From positions 4,250 to 68,249 of the forward strand of contig CAKSPO010000003.1 in the NCBI GenBank assembly GCA_934481515.1: DNA of 64,000 nucleotides, written 5' to 3'. The position numbers and the translations under genes are program-made. The stretch is from an uncultured Eubacteriales bacterium. GTDB lineage: Bacteria > Bacillota > Clostridia > Oscillospirales > CAG-272. The notes beneath the pieces were generated by a model. It was not told the DNA's origin, made no database searches, and was given only the letters and a program-made list of their open reading frames with translations. Below, in pieces: positions 54,735-64,000 of the stretch. The first letter of the stretch is position 1, and each line of letters begins with the position of its first letter.

Positions 54735-55667
54735 ATGTTCCGGACACGGCGGCGGCGGTATGACCGGTCAAACGGTCGTCCTGCGCCATGGCTGATTCTT
54801 CTGCTTTGCGCCGTCGGCGCGGCAATTCTTGCGGTTATTATCGGAAATCTGCTCCGGCTCTGGCTGGATGATGAGACCTACCGGAAGCTGACCGGCGAAG
54901 AGGAAACGACAGAGGAGGAAACGACGCAGTACAGCTCCTATCTGCGGGACATTTCCGCCATTCCGTTCCGCTTCGGGGACAGCTATGACTCCGTATGGGA
55001 AAACCCGGAGGTTGCCGTTTCTCTCAATACGCCGGACGGAAGGCTGAACTATGCCTCTCCGGTTGCTGCGTTTTTCGGGTTAACCCCGGAATCGGAGCTG
55101 TCTCTTCCCGCGCAAATGGCAGAACTGAGCCATGCCGCGTCCTACATCAGCGGAATTTTTTATCCGCAGGCGTTGCGGGAGGAGTCGGAGGATCTGCAAC
55201 GGGCGGTCAGCGGGCAGGAATGCGCCCTGATCGGTGAATTTTTGCGGGCAGGGGGAAGCGAAATCCTTTTGTGCGGGCTGGAGCCGGAGAAGGTGCCGCC
55301 GGAAGATCTGGAGCAATATCTCCGCGCCGTCCGGGATGCCGCGGGAAACGCTCCCGTCGGTGTTGCCGTGACTCTTTCCGCCGCGACTGCGGGAAATGCA
55401 TGGGAGTTGCTTGGGCGGATTCTGAAAATCTGCGATTTCTGTGCGTTGGATCTGACCGATGCTTCTGACACGGATGCTGCCGGATTGCTCCGCAATTGTG
55501 ATTACCTTTTGAAAGCATATGATATGCGCCTGCTGATTCTTTCCACGCAGACAGAGCTTCTGGCAGAGGCGGAAGGGCGGTTTCTTTCCGATGTGGAGCG
55601 GATTCTCCCGCCGCCGGCGCGGACAGACGATCCGGATCCTGCTCCGGAACCGGAACCGGAATCGTAA
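54735..55667 (+). CDS. Hypothetical N-terminally anchored protein
   Basis: 310 aa. GGAGGG RBS, a basic N-terminus plus one TM helix (WLILLLCAVGAAILAVIIGNLL), and a Pro/Glu-rich C-terminus. I recognise no family. Confidence 0.6.
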   Translation: MFRTRRRRYDRSNGRPAPWLILLLCAVGAAILAVIIGNLLRLWLDDETYRKLTGEEETTEEETTQYSSYLRDISAIPFRFGDSYDSVWENPEVAVSLNTPDGRLNYASPVAAFFGLTPESELSLPAQMAELSHAASYISGIFYPQALREESEDLQRAVSGQECALIGEFLRAGGSEILLCGLEPEKVPPEDLEQYLRAVRDAAGNAPVGVAVTLSAATAGNAWELLGRILKICDFCALDLTDASDTDAAGLLRNCDYLLKAYDMRLLILSTQTELLAEAEGRFLSDVERILPPPARTDDPDPAPEPEPES

Positions 55668-55945
55668 ACATCAATCCCGGCGACGAGAAAACGACGGGCG
55701 GCGGTGCAATTCCGTAGTGCGGAGGACTCTGCGCGGGTGGTGTCCATCTCTGATGATGGAACAGGAAAGGAAGGCGTGAGGTTCCGGAATTTTTCCTGTC
55801 AACAAAAAAGCTGCCGCAGGCATCAGCCTGCGGCAACCTTTTTTGCCTTATGAAAGGAAAACCGCTTTTTCCTATACAATTTTTATGAGGGAGGAGGAAA
55901 AACGGAAAAGGTTTTTTCGTTCCTTCGGTTCTCCTCAGATGCGAC

Positions 55946-56713
55946 TTATTGTGCCGCGTCCACGATTGCCTTGAACTTTTCGGCAACCAGAGAAGCGCCG
56001 CCGATCAGTCCGCCGTCCACGTCCGGCTTCGCCAGAAGCTCTGCCGCGTTCTTTTCGTTCATGGAGCCGCCGTACTGGATGGTGGTGGATTCCGCGACTT
56101 TCTCGCCGTACATTCCGGCAAGGGTCTTGCGGATGACGGCGCAGGTCTCTTCCGCCTGTTCGGGGGTGGCGGTCAGTCCGGTTCCGATTGCCCATACCGG
56201 TTCGTAAGCGATGATAACGTTCTTCATCTGCTCTGCCGTGACATCCTTCAGATCCAGTTTGGTCTGCATGGCGACCACTTCGTCGGTGATGCCGGACAGG
56301 CGCTGTTCCTTGACCTCACCCAGGCAGAGAATGACTTTCATTCCGGCGGCAAGTGCCGCTTTGGTTCGCAGGTTGACGGTCTCGTCCGTTTCGCCGAAAT
56401 ACTGACGGCGCTCGGAGTGACCGATGATGACGTATTCCACACCGCAGGAGGTCAGCATTTTTGCGGAAACCTCTCCTGTGTAAGCGCCTTTCTCGGCAAA
56501 GTGAACATTTTCGGCACCGATTTTGATGTCGGATCCCTTTGCCGCTTCCTGTGCGGCGGCGATGGTGACGTAGGGAGCGCAGAAAATAATATCACAACCG
56601 TTCTTCCCGGCAACCAGCGGCTTTACCTCGTTGATGAAAGCGGTTGCTTCCGCGGGGGTGAAATTCATCTTCCAGTTGCCCGCAATAACGGTTCTTCTTT
56701 TGTTCGGATTCAT
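55946..56713 (-). CDS. tpiA: Triosephosphate isomerase
   Basis: AGNWKMN, IIGHSERR, AYEPVWAIGTG and YGGS motifs are present. Confidence 0.97.
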   Translation of the reverse strand: MNPNKRRTVIAGNWKMNFTPAEATAFINEVKPLVAGKNGCDIIFCAPYVTIAAAQEAAKGSDIKIGAENVHFAEKGAYTGEVSAKMLTSCGVEYVIIGHSERRQYFGETDETVNLRTKAALAAGMKVILCLGEVKEQRLSGITDEVVAMQTKLDLKDVTAEQMKNVIIAYEPVWAIGTGLTATPEQAEETCAVIRKTLAGMYGEKVAESTTIQYGGSMNEKNAAELLAKPDVDGGLIGGASLVAEKFKAIVDAAQ

Positions 56714-56749
56714 AATTGTTATTCCTTTCCGTTTTTCAGATTTCAGAAC

Positions 56750-56822
56750 GGCGGTGTTAAAAAACTCCTGTTGAGTTCACTCGGTCTGAGTTTCAACTCG
56801 GTTTGAGTTTTTTAACACCGCC
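56750..56822 (-). promoter_or_regulatory. Intercistronic stem-loop between pgk and tpiA
   Basis: Perfect 18-bp arms GGCGGTGTTAAAAAACTC (56750-56767) and GAGTTTTTTAACACCGCC (56805-56822) enclose a 37-nt loop. Confidence 0.6.
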
Positions 56823-56837
56823 TTTTCATAAGGATGC

Positions 56838-58148
56838 TTATTTATCCATCAGGCAGGCAATGCCGGGAAGCTCCAGACCCTCCAGGAATTCCAGAGATGC
56901 GCCGCCTCCGGTGGAGATGTGGGTCATCTTGGGACCGAAGCCGAGCCGTTCCACCGCCTCTGCGGAATCGCCGCCGCCGATGATGGAGATGGCTCCGGAA
57001 TCGGCAACCGCTTCTGCGACCGCCTCGGTTCCGCCTGCGAAGTTCTTCCATTCGGAAACGCCCATCGGTCCGTTCCAGACAACGGTTCCGGCACCCTTGA
57101 TGGCATCCGCATAGAGCTTACGGGTCTTTTCGCCGATGTCAAGTCCCATCCAGCCCTCGGGAATGTTGTCGGAGTCCACCGGCTTGAACTCGGTGTTCTC
57201 GTCATACTCCTTGCCGATGATATTGTCTACCGGGAGGAGGAAGTTGATGCCCTTCTTCTTCGCCTTTTCCATCAGCTCCTTGGCAAGGTCGATCTTATCG
57301 GTCTCGCAGATGGAAGTGCCGACGCTGTAGCCCAGTGCCGCGAAAAAGGTATATGCCATACCACCGCCGATGATGAGAGTGTCGCATTTTTCAATGAGGT
57401 TGTTGATAACGCCGATCTTGTCGGAAACCTTGGCGCCGCCGAGGATAGCAACGAAGGGGCGGGCGGGATCTGCCAGTGCCTTGCCCATGACGCCGATTTC
57501 CTTCTGGATCAGGTAGCCGCAGACAGCGGGCAGGTAATCCGCAACGCCTGCCGTGGAGGCATGTGCACGGTGTGCGGTTCCGAAGGCATCGTTGACAAAC
57601 AGACCGTCCTTGCCGGCAAGGTCTGCCAGTGCCTTTGCGAAGGCGGGATCGTTCTTGGTTTCGCGTGCGTCAAAGCGGACGTTCTCAAGAAGAACGCAGG
57701 TACCGTTCTGCATTGCCGCGATTTTTGCTTTGGCATCCTCGCCGATGATGTCGGAAGCGAATGCGACCTTACCGTCGAGATCCTTGTTCAGCCGGTCGGC
57801 AACGGGACGCAGAGAGAACTTCTTCACGTCGTCCTTCAGTGCCTTTTCCTTCAGAGCGGCAGCTGCTGCCTCGCGCTCGTTTTCGGGAAGTGCGTCGATC
57901 TTTGCCTGCTCCTTCTTATCCAGCTTGAAGTTGGGGGTGAAGATTGCGTGCGGCTTTCCCATATGGGAGGAGAGGATGACCTTTGCACCCTTGTCCATCA
58001 GGTACTTGATGGTGGGGAGAGCGCCGACGATTCTCTTGTCGGAGGTAATGACGCCATCCTTCATCGGAACGTTGAAATCGCAACGGACGAATACCTTTTC
58101 GCCTGCCTTGATTTCGACATCTTCAATAGATTTCTTGTTGTAGGTCAT
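56838..58148 (-). CDS. pgk: Phosphoglycerate kinase
   Basis: The start is [25 protein letters not shown] and GGGDS motifs are present. Confidence 0.97.
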   Translation of the reverse strand: MTYNKKSIEDVEIKAGEKVFVRCDFNVPMKDGVITSDKRIVGALPTIKYLMDKGAKVILSSHMGKPHAIFTPNFKLDKKEQAKIDALPENEREAAAAALKEKALKDDVKKFSLRPVADRLNKDLDGKVAFASDIIGEDAKAKIAAMQNGTCVLLENVRFDARETKNDPAFAKALADLAGKDGLFVNDAFGTAHRAHASTAGVADYLPAVCGYLIQKEIGVMGKALADPARPFVAILGGAKVSDKIGVINNLIEKCDTLIIGGGMAYTFFAALGYSVGTSICETDKIDLAKELMEKAKKKGINFLLPVDNIIGKEYDENTEFKPVDSDNIPEGWMGLDIGEKTRKLYADAIKGAGTVVWNGPMGVSEWKNFAGGTEAVAEAVADSGAISIIGGGDSAEAVERLGFGPKMTHISTGGGASLEFLEGLELPGIACLMDK

Positions 58149-58275
58149 AATTTCAGATCCTTTCCGTAAAAAATTCGAAATTCCCAAACGATTATATCAT
58201 ATCACATTTTTGCCTGTTTATCAATAGGTTTTTGTGAAATTTTTGGCATTCTGCGTGCGAGGCGTTGTTTCTTTG

Positions 58276-59592
58276 TTATTTGATGTCGTCCTCATCCATT
58301 TCGTCCGCAAAGGCTTCCGCAACGGTCATTTTGGTTGTGGTCTTTTTCGGCGTGATGTCGCCTGCCTTTGTCAGGGCAATCTTGGTTGCCATGGGTCCGA
58401 TCAGCTCATAGATCATGACGGCAAAGAGGGCAATGCTCCGCACAACGCCGCCGGTCGGCAGGAGTGCCGCCGCAGTGATGGACATACCGATGGAAACGCC
58501 CGCCTGCGGGAGCAGGGTAAATCCCAGATATTTGACAATATTGCGGTTGCATTTGGTTGCCTTGGCACTCAGGTACGAGCCGACGTATTTTCCGACGGCG
58601 CGGAACAGAATGTAAATGACACCAACCAGAATGACGGTCACGTCCTTGAAGACCGCAAAGTCCAGCTCCGCTCCGCTGATAACGAAGAAGAGCACCAGCA
58701 CGGGCATGGTCCATTTGTCGGTCTTTTCCATCAGTTCATCGGCGCTCTTGCAGATGTTGCAGAAGATGGTGCCGAGCATCATGCAGACCAGAAGGGAGGA
58801 GAAGGTGATTTTGACGCCGCTGTTGAAGGTATATTCCATTTTGGAAAGCGCGATGGTGAGGAGGACAAAGGTGATGGAAAGGCAAAGGCGCTTGCTGTTG
58901 GATTTGAAGAGGCTTTCCACGGCGGTAAAGATGATTCCGGCGACGGAGCCGAGCAAAAGGGAGAGCACGACCTCCAGAATCGGATTGAGCAGAATGGAAA
59001 TGACGCTGACGCTTCCGCCCTCCAGTGCCTGTGCGATACCGATGGAAACGGAGAAGCAGATCAGTCCCACGGCATCATCCAGTGCGACGATCGGGAGCAG
59101 GATACCGGTCAGTGCGCCTTTTGCCTTGTACTGCTTGACGACCATGATGGTGGCGGCGGGAGCGGTTGCTGTTGCGATGGCACCGAGGGTGACGGCGACC
59201 GACAGGGGCAGGCGTTCCTCACCGACGATGAAGTGAAGCCCGATGAGCGCCGCGTCCACGAGGAGCATGGCGGTCAGCGATTGTACGCAACCGATGATGG
59301 TTGCCTGTTTTCCGGTCTGTTTCAGTGCGGAAAGTTTGAATTCGGTACCGATGGCAAAGGCAATGAAGCCGAGCGCAATGTCCTGCACCAGATCCGCGAC
59401 CGAGAGCAGAGACTCCATACCGGAGAAGAAGCCGGTAATTCCGAGTGCTCCGAGGCAATAGGGTCCGATGACGATGCCTGCCAGCAGGTATCCGGTGACT
59501 GCAGGAAGCTTGAGCGGCTTTACCAGCCGGGAGAAAAACAGCCCGGCGAACAATCCGATGGCAAGTCCGAAAAGAATCTGAAATTCGTCCAT
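58276..59592 (-). CDS. Cation:proton antiporter (Na+/H+ exchanger family, CPA2-like)
   Basis: The start is MDEFQILFGLAIG. It has 11-12 TM helices, a GYLLAGIVIGP motif and an acidic C-terminal tail. Confidence 0.85.
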   Translation of the reverse strand: MDEFQILFGLAIGLFAGLFFSRLVKPLKLPAVTGYLLAGIVIGPYCLGALGITGFFSGMESLLSVADLVQDIALGFIAFAIGTEFKLSALKQTGKQATIIGCVQSLTAMLLVDAALIGLHFIVGEERLPLSVAVTLGAIATATAPAATIMVVKQYKAKGALTGILLPIVALDDAVGLICFSVSIGIAQALEGGSVSVISILLNPILEVVLSLLLGSVAGIIFTAVESLFKSNSKRLCLSITFVLLTIALSKMEYTFNSGVKITFSSLLVCMMLGTIFCNICKSADELMEKTDKWTMPVLVLFFVISGAELDFAVFKDVTVILVGVIYILFRAVGKYVGSYLSAKATKCNRNIVKYLGFTLLPQAGVSIGMSITAAALLPTGGVVRSIALFAVMIYELIGPMATKIALTKAGDITPKKTTTKMTVAEAFADEMDEDDIK

Positions 59593-59895
59593 AAAAACAC
59601 TACCTCTTAAATATACTGCTGTATTTTTTGAAACCGCACCAATTATACACTTTTTCGGTATGGAAGTCAAGAAAGCTTTTTCACAAAGAAAAGGGGAGAG
59701 GAAAGGGAAAAACTATCGTTTATTATCAATTCCGGGAATTTTCCGGGGGAGAAGAACAAATGCCGTTCACTCAGCACACGGTTTGCTACAATGAATGGAA
59801 TGCGGAACGGAAGAATGCGGGCGGCTGTGTTTTATCCATGTGTCCGGCATTCAAAAAAAGACTGCAGTTTTTTTCTGCAGTCTCTTTTGGGTGGT

Positions 59896-60972
59896 TCAGA
59901 AGCCGACTTCCTGTGACATCCGGTACAGATTGCGGATTTCTTCGCGACGCTTTTCGCAAAGCGCTTTCATTTCTTCCACCTGCTCGGAGGTGAAATGATC
60001 GAGGTCTCCGGGCTTTAATTTGTTCTTATACATCCGGTCGGAGATCAGGGCAAAATTGATGTCTACGGGGACGACCTTGCCGTCCAGCTCACACATGACA
60101 ACGTTGCTCTTTCCTTCCACCAGAAGTTCTACTGCCTTGACCGCCATTTCCGCCGCGATGGAGCGATCCTTGATGGTCGGCTTTCCGCCGCGTACCACGT
60201 GGGCAAGGCGTGCGAATTTGGTCTCTACGCCGGTCTTTTCCCGGATCCGCTGCGCCAGCGTTTCGGAGTAGGCGCTTCCGTCCGGGTTGCGCATTCCCTC
60301 GGAGACGATGGCAACCATGCTTCGCTTTCCGGCATTCCGCAGAGTCTTGATTTTTTCCATTGCCGCGTCCTCATCAAACGGAACCTCCGGAATGGCGACC
60401 GCAACGGCACCAGACGAGATGGCGGCGTACAGTGCGATCTGTCCGCAGTCTCGTCCCATAACCTCCACCACATTCAGGCGGGCATGGGATTCGCAGGTGT
60501 CACGCAGGTTGTCGATCATGGAAACGGTGGTGTTGATGGAGGTATCCAATCCGATGGTGTAATCGGTTGCGGTAATATCATTGTCGATGGTTCCGGGAAT
60601 ACCGATGGAGGGGAAGCCCCGGTTGGTCATATCCGTTGCGCCCCGGAAGGTTCCGTCGCCGCCGATGCAGATGAGTGCGTCGATTTGATTTTTGCGGCAG
60701 GTCGCTACGGCGGTAGCCATGCCTTCCTCGGTCTTGAAGGCAGGGCAACGGCTGGAATAGATAATGGTGCCGCCTTGCCCGACAATATTTGCAACGGACT
60801 GCTGGGTCAGGGAAACAAGGTCTCCCTCAATCAGTCCGGTATAGCCGCCGCTGATGCCGATGACTTCAATTCCCATTTCCGCTGCGCGGTTGACCACTGC
60901 CTTGATGCAGGGATTCATGCCGGGGGCATCGCCGCCGGAGGTCAGAACGCCGATTTTTCTGAATTTTGCCAT
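59896..60972 (-). CDS. pfkA: ATP-dependent 6-phosphofructokinase
   Basis: The start is MAKFRKIGVLTSGGDAPGMN. GGDGT and PGTIDND motifs are present. Confidence 0.96.
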   Translation of the reverse strand: MAKFRKIGVLTSGGDAPGMNPCIKAVVNRAAEMGIEVIGISGGYTGLIEGDLVSLTQQSVANIVGQGGTIIYSSRCPAFKTEEGMATAVATCRKNQIDALICIGGDGTFRGATDMTNRGFPSIGIPGTIDNDITATDYTIGLDTSINTTVSMIDNLRDTCESHARLNVVEVMGRDCGQIALYAAISSGAVAVAIPEVPFDEDAAMEKIKTLRNAGKRSMVAIVSEGMRNPDGSAYSETLAQRIREKTGVETKFARLAHVVRGGKPTIKDRSIAAEMAVKAVELLVEGKSNVVMCELDGKVVPVDINFALISDRMYKNKLKPGDLDHFTSEQVEEMKALCEKRREEIRNLYRMSQEVGF

Positions 60973-61044
60973 GGTATGACCTTTCCTCTTGCTTTGCCGG
61001 ATCCACGCCGGCAAAAAGATAACAAAAATAATATTCTGCATCCT

Positions 61045-61073
61045 ATTGTAATATATTCTTTTCCAAAAATCAA
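61045..61073 (-). promoter_or_regulatory. Sigma-A-type promoter of pfkA
   Basis: On the minus strand: TTGATT, a 17-nt spacer, then TACAAT. Confidence 0.55.
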
Positions 61074-61297
61074 GACATAAACCGAAATTTCTTTTCCTTT
61101 TTTGTTAAATTTTTGACTAATAAAGAAAGTGATTCGGAAATTGTCGGAAGGTTTCGGTTTTTGTCGTTTCCGGACGGCAATCAATCCTGCTTCGGATACA
61201 GAACGTTCCCCCGCGGGTTTCCGAAATCAGGAAATGCACGGGGGAAACGGGAGATATCGGTTTGGTATGAAAATCTGTTGGTTCCGTGCCCGGAAAA

Positions 61298-62482
61298 TCA
61301 GATTTCCGGAATGCGGACCTCCACTTCCTTGCCCTCTTTGCTGGAACGGACGATTCCGTCGATGATCGCCTGATTGATGACGATCTGGCTGGTTGGGACA
61401 GGGGAGGAGGTCCCGTTCTCGATGGCGCTGAGGAAAGAACCGATCTTGCGCTTCCAGAGCGTTGCCCACAGGTTGCCACCCTCGGTTTCCGGATCGCGGA
61501 CGAGCGGAATCTTTTCCTCGACGGGAGCTCCTGCCACCTGCCGGTACAGGGTCATTTCTCCGCCCGTAGAGCCGTTCCAGCAATCGGTGGAAGGAATGCG
61601 GAGTCCGGCGCGGGTACCGAGAAGAATGGTATCTCCGGGGGTATTGACATTCATTGCCCAAGCGATCCGGAAGTCCAGATAAACGCCGCCTTCCAGTCGG
61701 ATGAAAGCTCCCGCAAAGTCGTCCACGCCGAACATGTCGGCAAGGCGCTGCGGGTCTTTGTTGCCCGCATAGGTGACGGGATCTTTTCCGAAATAGTCGG
61801 TCTTGAAGCCGGAAACGGTCAGCGGTTTCGGATAACCGATGGCGTTGAGGCACATATCCAGAGAGTAGCAGCCGATGTCGGCAAGGGCACCGATGCCGGC
61901 GGTCTCCTCCTGAATGAAGGAGGTGCGTTCATCTCCTGCAGGAATTCCGCGGCGGCGTCCTCCGCCGGTCTGGATGTAATACACATGACCGAGTTCTCCG
62001 GATTCGACAATCTTTTTGATCATCTGCATGTTTTTGTCAAACCTTGGCTGGAAGCCGACGGTGAGAATCTTTCCGCTCTTCTTTTCTGCACGCATCATGG
62101 CTTCTGCTTCGTCCATTGTGACACACATGGGCTTTTCCACAAGGACGTTGACCCCTTTTTCCAGCGCATACACGGTCGGTCCCGCGTGCTGGCGGTTATA
62201 GGTGCAGATGCTGACGCCGTCCAGCTCCTCGTTGTCCAAAAGGGATTTGTGGTCGTGATAAATATGCGCATTGGGAAGATTGTGGCGCTGTGCAAACGCT
62301 TCCGCTTTTCCGGGAATGAGGTCGGCGAGTGCAACGACCTCTACGTTGGAAAAGCTCTGGTATGCCTGGATATGCGAGTTTGCGATTCCGCCGGTGCCGA
62401 TGATACCGATGCGAAGGCGTTTTCCGGTCTTTTTTTCTTCTTTTTTCTCCTGCTGATTGGGATCCAGATTGGTTGAAAGCAT
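61298..62482 (-). CDS. Gfo/Idh/MocA-family NAD(P)-dependent oxidoreductase
   Basis: The start is MLSTNLDPNQ. It has a Rossmann GIIGTGGIANSH motif and an EKPM motif. Confidence 0.88.
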   Translation of the reverse strand: MLSTNLDPNQQEKKEEKKTGKRLRIGIIGTGGIANSHIQAYQSFSNVEVVALADLIPGKAEAFAQRHNLPNAHIYHDHKSLLDNEELDGVSICTYNRQHAGPTVYALEKGVNVLVEKPMCVTMDEAEAMMRAEKKSGKILTVGFQPRFDKNMQMIKKIVESGELGHVYYIQTGGGRRRGIPAGDERTSFIQEETAGIGALADIGCYSLDMCLNAIGYPKPLTVSGFKTDYFGKDPVTYAGNKDPQRLADMFGVDDFAGAFIRLEGGVYLDFRIAWAMNVNTPGDTILLGTRAGLRIPSTDCWNGSTGGEMTLYRQVAGAPVEEKIPLVRDPETEGGNLWATLWKRKIGSFLSAIENGTSSPVPTSQIVINQAIIDGIVRSSKEGKEVEVRIPEI

Positions 62483-62601
62483 GGAAGGAGGCTCCTTTTT
62501 TCTTTCCTGAATTTTTTGTTTCCGGGCGGGGAAAAGATTGCTTATGCCCGTCTGTATTATCCCATATCCGCCGGGAAATGTCAATAGCTTTTTCCGCTTT
62601 T

Positions 62602-64000
62602 TCAGGGAAAAGCAAGCAAAGAAATCCGGTAGGTCAGAAAAGCGAGCAGATAGGAAAGAAGCGGGAGAAGCAGAAGGGGGCGGAGCGGCTTATTTTCACC
62701 GCGCAGGACGGCAACGGTTGCGGTGCAGGGAAAGTACAGCGTATAGAAAACAAGGAGGGAAAGTGCTCCGGGACGGGTCAGGAGTCCGGATGCCGTCAGC
62801 GTTGCGAGGAGCGGCTGCCGGCTGCTTCCCAACAGGATGCTCAGGGTAGAGAGCGCGGATTCCTTGGCTCCGATTCCTGCAATCAGTGCGGCGGCAATCT
62901 GCCAGGAGCCGAAACCGAGCGGAATCAGGACGGTGGAAAAGATTTGCCCGAGGGATGCAAGCAGGCTGTTTTCTGCCTGCGACATGCCGATGTATTTCAG
63001 CTGTGGGGAAACGGAGGCGAGCAACCAGATCAGGAGCGAGGTCAGAAGGATGATTCCGCCGGCGCGTCCGAGAAAATGCAGCAGATGTTCCCGGACGGCA
63101 CAGCCGATTTCCCGCGCGGAGGGGAGCTGCCAGCGTGGCAGGGGATCTCTGTGACATTGTGCCGCTCTGTCCGGATCGGTAAGGCGGTGCAGAACCGCGC
63201 AGAGAAGAAGAAAGCAGAGGGCGCTTGCGCACCAGATGACACAACAGACCCACCATCCTCCACCCGGAAAACAAATGCCGGACAGCACCTGACAGAGCGG
63301 GAGCCGGGCGGAGCAGGCGACCGCCGGAAGGAAGCACGCGCATCGGTCTGCCGCTTTGCGGTCCTTCATTCCGCGGGTACAATAGATGGCGGGAATGCTG
63401 CACCCAAAGCCGAGCAGGAGCGGGGTCATGGCATCCCCTCTCAGTCCGAAGCGGGACATGGGACGGTCCCAGAGGCGGGCAAAGCGGGAGAGAAGTCCGG
63501 TTTGTTCGGCGATGGACTGAAAGAGAAAAAGCAGGGTCAGGCGCGGAAAGAACTCCAGAATCGCTCCCACGCCCCGCAAAAGCGCACATTCCAGAAAATC
63601 CGGCATCCAGACCGGGAGCGGGGTATGTTTTGTCAGCCGTTCGGTCAGGGTGAAAAGCGGAGTCAGCAGCAGGCTGCAGAAGCCTTCGGTCAAAAGGTTT
63701 CCGACGGGGCCGAAAACCAAAAACAGAAGGCTCAGCAAAATTGCAAAGAACAGAAAAAAACCGGTGCTTGGAGAGCAAAGCAGGCGGTCTGCCGTGCGGG
63801 CGGCGGCACTTTCCGGGCGCGCGGAGAGGCGGAGACATGCGTTTGCTTCGGCGGCGGACGGAAGATTTGAAAGCTGTGCGGTATTCCGGCAGCCGGCTTT
63901 GCAGAAAGCCTTGCAACAGTCAGGGACAGGAGCGGGTAAAAACTGACGGAGAAACCGTTTCAGCTCCTGTTCCCCGAGGCGGGTTCTGGCAGAGACGCAC
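62602..64000 (-). CDS. feoB: Ferrous iron transporter FeoB, membrane domain (5' part of the gene lies beyond the window)
   Basis: The frame stays open upstream of the listed TTG start all the way to position 64000. LLLGFGCSIPAI and GAKE gate motifs are present. Confidence 0.85.
   Translation of the reverse strand, partial: CVSARTRLGEQELKRFLRQFLPAPVPDCCKAFCKAGCRNTAQLSNLPSAAEANACLRLSARPESAAARTADRLLCSPSTGFFLFFAILLSLLFLVFGPVGNLLTEGFCSLLLTPLFTLTERLTKHTPLPVWMPDFLECALLRGVGAILEFFPRLTLLFLFQSIAEQTGLLSRFARLWDRPMSRFGLRGDAMTPLLLGFGCSIPAIYCTRGMKDRKAADRCACFLPAVACSARLPLCQVLSGICFPGGGWWVCCVIWCASALCFLLLCAVLHRLTDPDRAAQCHRDPLPRWQLPSAREIGCAVREHLLHFLGRAGGIILLTSLLIWLLASVSPQLKYIGMSQAENSLLASLGQIFSTVLIPLGFGSWQIAAALIAGIGAKESALSTLSILLGSSRQPLLATLTASGLLTRPGALSLLVFYTLYFPCTATVAVLRGENKPLRPLLLLPLLSYLLAFLTYRISLLAFP

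Noticed and set aside
1-64000. A search by eye for tRNA, rRNA, tmRNA or RNase P genes, transposases, integrases, phage genes, toxin-antitoxin pairs, restriction-modification systems or other known defence systems.
   Set aside because: I found none. No GGTTCGAATCC-type T-arm motifs are present, and no DDE, tyrosine or serine recombinase signatures or defence-system hallmark proteins appear among the ORF translations. The RecD2-like helicase sits in an ordinary recD2-comF-mreB housekeeping context.

Overview
This is a 64-kb chromosomal window from a high-GC Firmicute, probably a Clostridia or Oscillospirales-like gut organism. That placement is inferred only from gene content: an S-box riboswitch, HprK, YmdB, Obg/Der, a minimal SufCD pair and BspA-type LRR proteins. 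I ran no database searches; every call comes from reading the ORF translations and the DNA.

About 45 genes are supportable. Housekeeping blocks: ymdB, metK behind a SAM-I riboswitch, recD2-comFC-mreB, pepD, an rluA-family gene, birA, an rlmI-like methyltransferase, sufC/sufBD, obg, der, a DUF512 radical-SAM gene, a marR plus ABC-exporter pair, a fur-family gene, an Sfp-type PPTase, flotillin, hprK, a prsA-like gene, tpiA-pgk, a cation antiporter, pfkA, a Gfo/Idh/MocA oxidoreductase and a partial feoB.

Two accessory regions stand out.
1. 17.5-35.4 kb holds a collagen-repeat/BspA-LRR lipoprotein behind a long structured leader. Next to it is a tightly packed 7-gene, 14.3-kb operon (promoter 20806, terminator 35431). 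The operon encodes a 1251-aa solute-binding protein, two complete MalF/MalG-type permease pairs, an NHL-TPR-Yip1 membrane protein and a 1410-aa secreted protein. It has no ATPase, no recognisable hydrolase and no regulator. This operon is my best candidate for an undescribed system.
2. 45.3-50.9 kb holds an 1184-aa membrane-anchored surface protein with Listeria-Bacteroides repeats and a signal-less BspA-LRR protein.

The window also has unusually long, repeat-rich non-coding gaps (891-1273, 2867-4346, 19692-21061) and a dispersed ~150-nt intergenic element. I found no tRNA or rRNA genes, CRISPR arrays, transposases, integrases or phage genes.
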